Source: Salisapilia sapeloensis CBS 127946 (Eukaryota; Protista; Oomycota). From it: a stretch of DNA of 64,000 bases. The notes beneath the pieces were generated by a model that searched no databases, was not told where the DNA came from, and saw nothing but the letters and a program-made list of their open reading frames with translations. This document shows positions 10,651 through 20,156 of this stretch, one piece after another. Location: the NCBI GenBank assembly GCA_023334545.1, contig JAADVB010000037.1, positions 38,973-102,972 of the forward strand, read 5' to 3'. Position numbers and translations under genes: made by a program. Every line of letters begins with the position of its first letter. Within the stretch, counting starts at the first letter, position 1.

Positions 10651-12108
10651 ATGACTGATACCAAGACGGTATTGCAAAAGCAGCTTCGGAAGGTCAAGAA
10701 ATTTGCCGATGTAGCGTCGCCATTGGACCACTCAGATGCACGCTCTGGCATCTACTCGTCAGACTTTCGAGGCATCTACCACCTCGCCATCATCTGCGGC
10801 GGCCTGTACATGCTTTCCACCTTTATTAGCAATATGTCGAAGCACGAGAGTATTTTTGCCGACTCGGTGCTTTTGCTATCCGTCTTTGCGTCCAGGGGAC
10901 TGATCGAAGTGCTCGCTACGTTTGCTTGTCAAGCGCTCTTCACGTATACTGGCATGATCCCCGTATTCATGGCAAGGTCCCCCAAGTACAAGGACAACAT
11001 GGCATGGATCCACTTTATCCACCACGCGTTGCAAACCGTGCTCTTCGCCAGCACGATGGCTATTATCTACATCCAGAACTGGACGCTCGTACACTCTGTC
11101 TCGGTGTTTATGGAAGGCGTCGTTCTTTTGCTTAAAATGCATTCGTATGTACGAACACAGTTCGCTCTTATCACTGTCCATGGCGTGGAAGAGCATCCAG
11201 CTCCGACGTTCCGAGACTATACCATGTATCTACTCTTCCCGACGCTCGTGTACGAGACGAGCTATCCTCGTACGAACCACATTCGATGGGGCTATTTGCT
11301 AGAAAAAGCCACGAGCAACTGCATGGGCATGAGTGTCATGTATATCATCGTGACAGACCACGTAGTGCCTCGACTACAAGAGTCTGCATATGTAAACCCC
11401 GTGCTGGTTACGACGCAGCTCCTTCTCCCGTTCCTTGGAGTCATCCTCACGTTTTGGTTCGTCGTCTTTGAAAGCCTGATGCCTGGTATTGCTGAAGTCA
11501 CGTACTTTGCCGACCGAGACTTTTACGATGACTGGTGGAACAGCACCACCTTTGATGAGTTCGCTAGAAAGTGGAATAAACCAGTGCACGAGTTCCTCCT
11601 CCGACATGTGTACTATGAAAGTCTTGACACGGGTCGACTGTCTCGTACGGAAGCGACGATGCTGACGTTCTTCATGTCTGCTGCCGTCCACGAGTGCGTC
11701 TTCGTCGTTGCCTTCCGCACTGTCCGTCTCTATTTTTTCGTCCTGCAGATGGCTCAGGTGATCATCATCATGTATGGTCGAGGGCTCAAGGGCACGCGTC
11801 TCGGCAACACTGTCTTCTGGCTCGGCATCATCGTCGGTGTACCTCTCCAGGCGGTCTTGTACTCAAGAGAGTACTTTGGTGGCGAATCTATCTTTGTCGA
11901 AGTCATGATTCCTATCATGATCGTGGGTTTTGGCAGTGCCCTCGTCGCATCTTTCCTGTCCGTGTCTTCTGGCCGAGTGTCCAAGACTGAACGCCGTCGA
12001 TGTGATTCCGATGCTGCTAACTCCCTTGCGGTTGCAGCCAAGCAACAGCACGACAAGCAGCAAGAAAAGCAGGAGGAGAGGCAACAGGAGAAGCAGAAGA
12101 GTAACTAG
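10651..12108 (+). CDS. Membrane-bound O-acyltransferase, DGAT1/ACAT (sterol or diacylglycerol acyltransferase) family
   Basis: FADRDFYDDWWNS, RKWNKPVHEFLLRHVY and SAAVHE (catalytic His) motifs; many TM segments; C-terminal KQKSN fits a KxKxx ER-retrieval signal. Confidence 0.9.
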   Translation: MTDTKTVLQKQLRKVKKFADVASPLDHSDARSGIYSSDFRGIYHLAIICGGLYMLSTFISNMSKHESIFADSVLLLSVFASRGLIEVLATFACQALFTYTGMIPVFMARSPKYKDNMAWIHFIHHALQTVLFASTMAIIYIQNWTLVHSVSVFMEGVVLLLKMHSYVRTQFALITVHGVEEHPAPTFRDYTMYLLFPTLVYETSYPRTNHIRWGYLLEKATSNCMGMSVMYIIVTDHVVPRLQESAYVNPVLVTTQLLLPFLGVILTFWFVVFESLMPGIAEVTYFADRDFYDDWWNSTTFDEFARKWNKPVHEFLLRHVYYESLDTGRLSRTEATMLTFFMSAAVHECVFVVAFRTVRLYFFVLQMAQVIIIMYGRGLKGTRLGNTVFWLGIIVGVPLQAVLYSREYFGGESIFVEVMIPIMIVGFGSALVASFLSVSSGRVSKTERRRCDSDAANSLAVAAKQQHDKQQEKQEERQQEKQKSN

Positions 12109-12161
12109 TCTCGAGAGAAACATGCTATGTGTACAAATGAAATTTATCCACAGTCTACTTT

Positions 12162-13089
12162 TTAATCCTGTGTGCGTGGTTGCACCAGCACAATGTCAGA
12201 CGCTTGGACGGTGCAGACTTCACAGTTATGGAGTTTCCGAGGCATCCGGAGCATGCGTTTGAAAAATGAGCTGTGGCCGACGATGGCAATGTGCTGTTCG
12301 TCCATATTGGAGATGGTTTCCATTAACTCGTAGATGCGTTTATCTAGGTCCTGCGGTGTCTCTCGTAGCGGTAGAACTTCATTTGCTTTCGTGATCGGTG
12401 TGATCGGGTCGTAGACGGACTTCTGCTCTGCATTCAGCCACCAAGATCGCTCCAAAGTTGTGATTTGTGAAGCTAAATGGGGAAACTTTTGCACCAAATC
12501 TAGCGTATAAAGTATTTGAGTAGTCTATCGAGTTATGTACGCATGCTTGTCAAAACCGTCAGGTTGCTGTCCAATGTCACAAGCAGTGTCAAGCATCTCT
12601 CGGCAGCTCGGGTCCACTATCGTGCAAGAAAATTACGTAAAAGGTCGAAAAGCTAAACGCATGATAGACGTACGTATGAGGCGGGCGTCACTGTCTTGAA
12701 ATCCCATCGTTGCAGTCTCGATTGCTCTGCTAAGTGGACTGGAAATTATCTATACGAGGTGCATGTCAACTGTAGAAATCCATTGAATATCAAAATTAAA
12801 GCAATGTCTACCACTTCCACGCGTTTATTTAACTCTTCTGAATTTATTTGCTGTCGGAGCTTCTCCGCCTGATCAGACAACCAGCTCAGTGCAATGCTTA
12901 AGGACAGAAATGATCTTGAATCGAAACGACAGCTACCTGTCGCCTTCCTTTTTTGCTCAATGGAGCATCAATAATCATAGGGTCTTTCACGAATACCCAC
13001 GAGAAGTTGTACAGGCTTTTCATCCGCCACTCGTTAAAAGTGGACTCGCCATGACGGATACAATACAGCGTTTTGCCCTCGTCCGACAT
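12162..13089 (-). CDS. Histidine phosphatase / phosphoglycerate mutase-like protein, multi-exon
   Basis: LYCIRHGESTFN (RHG motif), DAPLSKKG, IISSPLSRAIETA, CREMLDTACDIG, IAIVGHS, across short in-phase introns. Confidence 0.85.
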
Positions 13090-13184
13090 GATGGACGAAC
13101 CTCCTACTTGGGATTGAAAGTAAAAAACCGATATATGTAATTTACATAACCACCTAACACGATACCAAGTCGGATTTGCCACAA

Positions 13185-14293
13185 ATGGACTTAAATGGTG
13201 ATGAACGTAGCTCTGACTGCAGCACAAGACACAACAAGTCTACTGCCTCGTGCTGGAAAAGAGAAAGATGTGCCTCTTGCCAAGGGAACTTCAAGTTTTT
13301 CTGCCCAAAATGCTGTGTCCCACTCGGAGTACCCCCGGACGTCACCGTGCCTCGCTTGCGACTGCCTTTGACTGTTGATATCTGGTTCCATGATCACGCT
13401 CGGAAAAGCACAGCGACTCATGCCAAGACATTGGCGCCAGAAGATGTTAACCTAGTGCAGTGTAGGGCATCTGAGCTAAGCAAACAGGGTGCTACGCCAC
13501 TGCCAGAGTATGACCCGAACACCACGTTCGTCGTGTACCCCACTGATACAGCATCCAAATTACCAGAAATGACCAAAGACGAGCTTGAAAAGCTTGAAAA
13601 AGTTGTCTTTATTGACAGCCCGTGGCAGAAAGCGCCTGCATTGCTACAATACACGACACTAAGCAACTTGAAATGCATCAAGTTAGCTGATCCACCCATG
13701 GAGAGCAAATTCTGGAGATACCATAAAGCAGGCGGAGGATGCGTATCTACCATCGAAGGTATAGTATTTCAATACGCGAGTGATGCAACCAATACTCATA
13801 GGTTTCTGTTCTAGCCATCCAATTACTATTGGAAGAATACAAGCAAGCTGCCTCTGCAGCCGGTATTCCACTTCGGCCTGGTGTAGATGAGAGCGACCTG
13901 TCTGACTTGTTGTACCTATTTGGCTTGCTTCGAGAAGTGATTGAAGAGACATACGAAAAGGATCCACAGCTTTGTATCCAACCTCCGACAGATCCAGCCG
14001 AGAAAGAGCGACGGCAGCAGTTGAGAGAGCAGAAAGAAGCTGGGAAAAAGCGAAAGATCGAGAACAGAGAGAAATTGTGGAAGAAGATGAAAGAGGCAAA
14101 GGAAAAAGGAGAGAATTTGCCCAAGAAAGGCAAGTGTTTTAATTGTCGCAAGCCAGGCCATGAAGCATGGCAATGCCCGCAGCCGTGTAGATTTTGCCAA
14201 AGTCCAGACCATTACACAGGTACTTGTCCGCAGAGAGGCAAGAGAGCGAATCAGCCACAAGAGCCACAAGGTCCTGTCACGAAGGCTATATAA
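13185..14293 (+). CDS. DTW-domain (DTWD1-like tRNA aminocarboxypropyltransferase family) protein with two C-terminal CCHC zinc knuckles, 2 exons
   Basis: CASC...FFCPKCC zinc motif, KSTATHAK, VVFIDSPWQKA, SKFWRYH...CVSTIE|AI...LLYLF; tail CFNCRKPGHEAWQC and CRFCQSPDHYTGTC. Confidence 0.8.
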
Positions 14294-14329
14294 TTAAAGT
14301 CACGTAATTGTAGCGTGCGGACAAATGAA

Positions 14330-15166
14330 GAAGAGTAGAGCCCAGTTTTGCTCTTGATCAAGTTCATTCTTAGGCATTCGTGCGTCATCTTTTTGAAGCA
14401 TGCATCTCAGCAATAATACATGCGAGTTTGTTTGTTCGACATAAGATCAGTGTTTTTGGAAGAGAGCTCAATGTGCATCATTTCAACGTAAATGACGGGC
14501 CGGTAGTTTCGTGAACGCTCTTGAGCTCAAACAAAGTATCATAGTAAAACGAAGAGTTTATGATCAACACCGAAGTGGTGAAGAGGCTTGCTCAAAATAT
14601 AGCTCATTGTACTGCTCGACACGCCTGATACATATGATAATATAGTTTGTATCTTTGGAATGACGAACATGAATCGAACCAAGAAAGAGGGAGCGAGGTT
14701 GAGTACAGAGACAATCTTTCCTGTTCTATAACAACGAGAATCGCTTGCTGCATTAAAAGAACGCTTTCCTATACTCGGGATCATCGACATTATCTCTATC
14801 ATGTTCGCAATGGATTTGTTGTGATGGAACTGCCAACTGCCTGCTTTGAAATTGCCAAGCATGACAAAGGATGACCACCAGCACATCCACCTCATTTAGC
14901 TGCTAAGCATCATAATTTACGCATCTTCAGGTGTATAGCACGTCCCTCAATGCACATGACGCTGTAGTCTTCGCTTCCAGATTACCAGTACGCTGGAATC
15001 AAATAGTCTTATCGATAGGTACCTTTACATGCATAACAAAAGATCGTATCTCATCTCCATCCTTATCTAGCATATCAAGATGCGTATCCACCAGATCTAT
15101 CAACAGATCTACCAACTGATCCAATCCTGATAGGCGCTACCATACTTTAAGCAAGACGAGGTCCAT
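14330..15166 (-). pseudogene. Possible decayed multi-exon gene of unknown family
   Basis: Protein-like fragments (MDLVLLKVW*RLSGLDQLVDLLIDLVDTHLDMLDKDGDEIRSFVMHVK|gt; EVDVLVVILCHAW) bounded by splice-like sites but interrupted by stops (TAG at 15139-15137). Confidence 0.28.
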
Positions 15167-15270
15167 GTCGATTCCAAGTGTCCGAAACGCGTGGCGCGTA
15201 CTTAGTCGAGAGCGTAGATCCAGGTACCAAACGCACTAGACACAAGTAGCTCTCACAGGGGGTAGCGACG

Positions 15271-18200
15271 ATGAGCGCACCGCCGAACCAAAACTACGGT
15301 CGCGTACCTGCGCAGCAACCGGGGCAGCAGCCCCACATGCGTCCTCAGCAGCCTCGAGGCTTCCGACCGTTCAATCCTGGTCAACAGCCACAGCAGATGC
15401 CGAATCAGGGACCGCCCTCTGGAAACGCAGCTCGGCCGCAAGGATTTGCCGGACCGCGCGGGTCTCCTGCGAACGGCAACGCACCGATGCAGTTCCGAGG
15501 ACCTCCTTCGAATGGAAGTCAGTCCAGTATGACTGCTCGGGGAGCTCCGTCGCCTTCGCAAGGGATGCGAGGTCCACCTTCTGGAGGACAGCCTTCCCCT
15601 GCTGGATTGAACAACCAGTTTAACAATATGAGCTTCCGAGGTCCTCCTGCTTCGCCTCAGCAACCGCAAATGCGAGGTGCTCCTCCTGCAAATCAAATGC
15701 GAGGACCTCCTCCCAACCAGATGAGAGGTCCTCCACCGTCACCGTCGCAAAGTCAGCCGCAGATGCGAGGCCCCAACCAGATGAGAGGTCCACCTGGGCA
15801 GAACCAAATGCGTGGTCCACCTCCTGTAGGCCAACCTCAGATGAGAGGCCCTCCGCAACAGATGAGAGGACCGCCGAATGGTCAGCAGCAGGGTCCTCCG
15901 CGTCCAGGTCCTCAAGGCATGAAGCAACCGCCATCTCCTGCACCCCAAGGCATGCAGCAAGGTCCTCCGCCCCCTGGTAAATACATGCAGCAACCACCTC
16001 CGCCTGGACCTCAAGGTATGCAGCAACCTCCTCAAGGACCGTCGAATCCGCCACGAGGACCTGCGTATCCTACAGGAAACTTCCAGCAGTCGAACGATAT
16101 GATGGGTATGTGTATGCTTTTTACGGTTTATAAATGTCTGGAACGTATATAGTTGACAGCGTAAATGCTAACTTTATTGCTGCGATAGGACATGCAAAAG
16201 GTCCTGGGATGCAAGGGTATGCTCCTCAGATGCACGGACAAGTCCAGCAGCCAGTGTTGAGTGAAGAGCAGATCGCTGCACAGTGCCACAAGCGGTACAT
16301 GCAGCCAACTGTAAGCGTTTTGCCTCACTCGCAGGAAGATGCGAACAAGAGCAAGCTGTCCTTTGGTGTAGTCATCCGACCTTTGGCACCGCAACCAGAA
16401 GACGACCCAATCGACGTGGTTAACTTTGGCCAGGCGGGCGTTGTCCGCTGTCGATACTGTCGGTCGTACGTGAATCCGTTCGTCCAGTGGGTGGACAACG
16501 GGCGGCGTTTCCGTTGTAACATCTGCGGCACCGCTACGGACGTCCCTAGTGCCTACTACTGCCATTTAGATGCGAGTCAGCAGCGTCAGGATCGGTTCGA
16601 ACGACCGGAATTGAGCAAGGGTAGTATTGAAATCATCGCTCCGTCCGAGTACTTGATGCGTCCACCGCAGCCACCGTGCTACATATTCGTTTTGGACGTG
16701 TCAGCGCAGTCCATTGCTTCTGGCATGTTGCAACAGGCTGCCGTGACGATTCGTGCACAGCTGGACAACCTTCCTGGTTCCCCTCGTACGCGCGTCGGGT
16801 TCTTGACGTACGACAACGCAATACACTTTTATAACCTCAAGCCGACGCTTAAAGCTCCTCAGATGATGGTCGTATCGGACTTGGAAGAGCTGTTCATTCC
16901 GATTCCGGACGAGCTACTCGTCAACTTGAGCGACTCGCGCGAGATGGTCGAGATGCTGTTGGAGACGCTTCCGTCCATCCACGCCAACGCCAGTCGAGCA
17001 GAGACTGCGCTCGGGTCTGCCATTCGTGTCGCATTTAAACTCATGTCTCCTATCGGAGGTAAGATGATGGTCTTCCAGTCTGCTCTCCCGACGACAGGTG
17101 CCGGGGCTTTGCGACATCGAGAGGATCCACGTATCCTCGGTACGGATAAGGAACACTCACTCCTAAACCCAGTGGATACGTACTACCGAACGAACGCTAT
17201 TGACTTTAACCGACAGCAAATCACTGTCGACATGTTCCTGTGCGCGAATCAGTACACGGACGTGGCGTCTCTCGGCTCGCTCGTCAAGTTCAGTGGCGGT
17301 CAGCTACACTACTACCCTGGCTTTGACGCCGAGGTGCATGGAGAAAAGCTCGATCGTGACTTGACTCGCTGTCTGACGCGAGAGACGGCGTGGGAGGGCG
17401 TCATCCGAGTGCGCTGCACGAAGGGTATGCGCCTCACCAACTTTTATGGCAACGCCTTCCTCCGTGGTCCGGATCTCTTGGCACTGCCAACGACCCATGC
17501 AGACGCAGCGTTTGCAGTCGAGATTGCACACAGTGATGCACTCCTGAGCTCTTCCACGGTGAGCATCCAGGCAGGTACGTTGTATACGAACTCTGGTGGT
17601 GAGCGTCGTATTCGAGTGCACACGATCTGTCTACCTGTGTCCAAGTTGTATGCCGAACTCTTCCGATCGGTAGATATGGATGCGATGTGCAATCTGATGG
17701 CCAAGAACGCGCTTGAGGCGTCGCTCAAGACCGGATTGTCTGCATCTCGTGCCAAATTGCAGCAGCAGTGTGCGGATATCGTGCGTGCTTATCGTGGCTC
17801 TGGCGCGTATGGCACTTCTCAGAGTGCAGGGTATCAACTGCAGCTGCCGGATTCACTCCAACTACTTCCGCTGTACGTCATGTCGCTACTGAAGAACCCG
17901 GCGCTACGAGGCGGCGTCGACTTGAACTCAGACGAACGCGCATTTGCCCAGTCGTGTTTGAACAACATGCCAGCGAGTCAATCCAAGTACTACATCTACC
18001 CGAGACTCTTTCCGCTGCATGAGCTGCCGACGGAAGCTGGAAAGCCTTGTCCGGCGGAAGATGACTCGTTCACGACTGCTGGCGACAAGAAGATCGTCTT
18101 GCCTCCAGTCTTAAATCTGTCCATAGAGCGCATGGGATCCGAAGGAGTGTATTTGCTGGACGACGCACTAACCTTCTACCTCTGGGTCGGTCGATCTGCC

Positions 18201-18567
18201 CCTGCGCCATTGCTGCATAGTCTCTTTGGCACTGATTCGCTGGAAGGCGTTGACTGCCACAAGGTACCTAGACAACTTATTCCTCTAATCCGTTTCACTA
18301 TTGATTCGCTCATATATTGTATTGGTGCAGGTGAAACTGAAAGAGCCGCATGATGAATTGAGTGCGAGAGTGCATGCGATGCTGGATGCGATCCGAGAGG
18401 ATAGGAGTCTTTATCAGCAAGTCACGGTCATGCGCGAAGGCGATCCGTCTGAAGGGCGTTTCTTCTGGCGACTTGTAGAGGACCGAGCGAGCTTTGATGG
18501 CGGCTCGTACTCGTACTCGGAGTACCTTGGACAGATCAATCGCCAGAGCATGGGTGCCGCCAAATAG
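15271..18567 (+). CDS. SEC24: COPII coat cargo adaptor Sec24, 3 exons
   Basis: Pro/Gln/Gly-rich N-terminus; zinc finger RCRYCRSYVNPF...CNIC; trunk YIFVLDVS and RTRVGFLTYD; ERRIRVHT; gelsolin-like C-terminus LVEDR...SYSEYL. Confidence 0.95.
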
Positions 18568-19138
18568 GTGGTGGCACGTTGGAACTTAAGAAGAGGAATT
18601 AGTAGAAACGAGAACAAAGACCAACAGTTGTACGCTGTCATATGCTTCTTTGTATTCTGCTCAATGCTTATAAATTTAATTCATGGGGGTGTACAATCCC
18701 ATGACTGTTTTTGTTTACAGGCGACGGCACCACTGGCGAGATGGATAGGAACAGCAAATGGGATAGTCTACACGTGCGCCAGTAGCTTCGTGGAAAACAG
18801 TTACTTTGACCTTCGTGGCTTTCATCGAATGCGAACCAGCGAAGCGGTATAATGCTTTTCGTATCAAACAAATGGAAGGCCGTTGTAGTGGTCTATTTAT
18901 AGCGAAAGGTTTAGCTAGTGGCCATCGCTTGAGTTTCATGCATGGAAATTTGGATGAAACACCAACTGCTTATCCTCTCCCTTCGATAAACTTGAAGGTG
19001 ACAGAATGCTCGTTGACTATCGGGATAGGCTACATAATTGTTGGAAACGTCCTCAGCATCAGTCCCATATGCCTTCATCATCCCACGAGGACGAAGGGTG
19101 CTCAGAACTCAGTTGGCAAAAGGTGCTCTTCTGGAACT

Positions 19139-20050
19139 ATGGCAGTCCCGGCGGTCTTTTATCCTTCAATCGTCTCGGTCCCACCTCGACGGGGTTTGGC
19201 TGTCTCAATGCTATCCACGTCGTCAAACACGCATGACGGAAAGTATACGAACAGGCTTACCGCTTCCGTTCTTGAAACAATGAACAGCTACGAGGAGGTG
19301 TCCAAGGGTGACAGCAAGAGCGAGTTGGGAAGGACTTTCAACTCCGACTTGATGTCAACGGTTATGTCTAGCTCTAGCTCGGGTAGTACCCCAGCATCTC
19401 CAGTATCGACGGAAGAAAGCAAGCCGTCCATTCAAGGTTGGATGTATTTACTTCAGGACCAGTCTCAAAGCGATGAACGAAGGGAATTTATTTTTACTGC
19501 AAGTCATGGCCGAATGGATGCAAGCTCTACGAAGTCACTCAAACGTTTTACAAAAGTCTATGCGGTGCTGCATGACCAATTCTTATTGCTCTATCGATAC
19601 AAACTGAAGTCAAGATCCAATGTTCGCGCTCCGCTCATCCAAATTGCTGTCTCGGAAGCTGGCTCGACACTGGATGGGACATTACATGTCAAAGATGCGT
19701 ATGGACACCAACTTCAGCTACACCTGTACGATCGAAGCGAGTTGAGCTTGGAAAGTTGGAGGAAGGCTCTTACGATTGCCACCCTTTTGACTCAAGATCA
19801 TCTCAAAACCGTCGACTTTAACATCGATAAGTTACCACGCAACAGCATGTATCGTGGCACATTGCGAAAGCCGCGTAAAGCAAAGACAGTATCCAAGTTC
19901 AGAAGATTCGAGTCGACCAAGGAAAGGCTTCGTAATTGGGCTAAGCGATCACTGGGTCGTAGCCGTGAGTCAGAGGTGGATTTGGACGTATCTTCTTTGT
20001 CTATTAGCTCTGCAGAAGTAAAAACGGATTTTCGCCTCACTCACCATTAA
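19139..20050 (+). CDS. PH-like domain protein (paralogue of 49067-49738)
   Basis: IQGWMY...FTKVYAVLHDQFLLLY...ESWRKAL...LPRNSMYRGTL. First ATG at 19139; the ORF track begins upstream on a TTG. Confidence 0.65.
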   Translation: MAVPAVFYPSIVSVPPRRGLAVSMLSTSSNTHDGKYTNRLTASVLETMNSYEEVSKGDSKSELGRTFNSDLMSTVMSSSSSGSTPASPVSTEESKPSIQGWMYLLQDQSQSDERREFIFTASHGRMDASSTKSLKRFTKVYAVLHDQFLLLYRYKLKSRSNVRAPLIQIAVSEAGSTLDGTLHVKDAYGHQLQLHLYDRSELSLESWRKALTIATLLTQDHLKTVDFNIDKLPRNSMYRGTLRKPRKAKTVSKFRRFESTKERLRNWAKRSLGRSRESEVDLDVSSLSISSAEVKTDFRLTHH

Positions 20051-20156
20051 TTCCGCACACTCGATATGATGTACGAGTCGGAGAATGATCGATATCCCTG
20101 ATAGTATGCCTTTAAAATTACCCGTTCAGAAATAGTAAAATGGGAACTTCCAAATA

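Noticed and set aside
14125-14240. Retrotransposon Gag (tandem CCHC knuckles)
   Set aside because: No protease, RT, integrase or LTRs nearby; the knuckles are in frame with a spliced cellular DTW gene.
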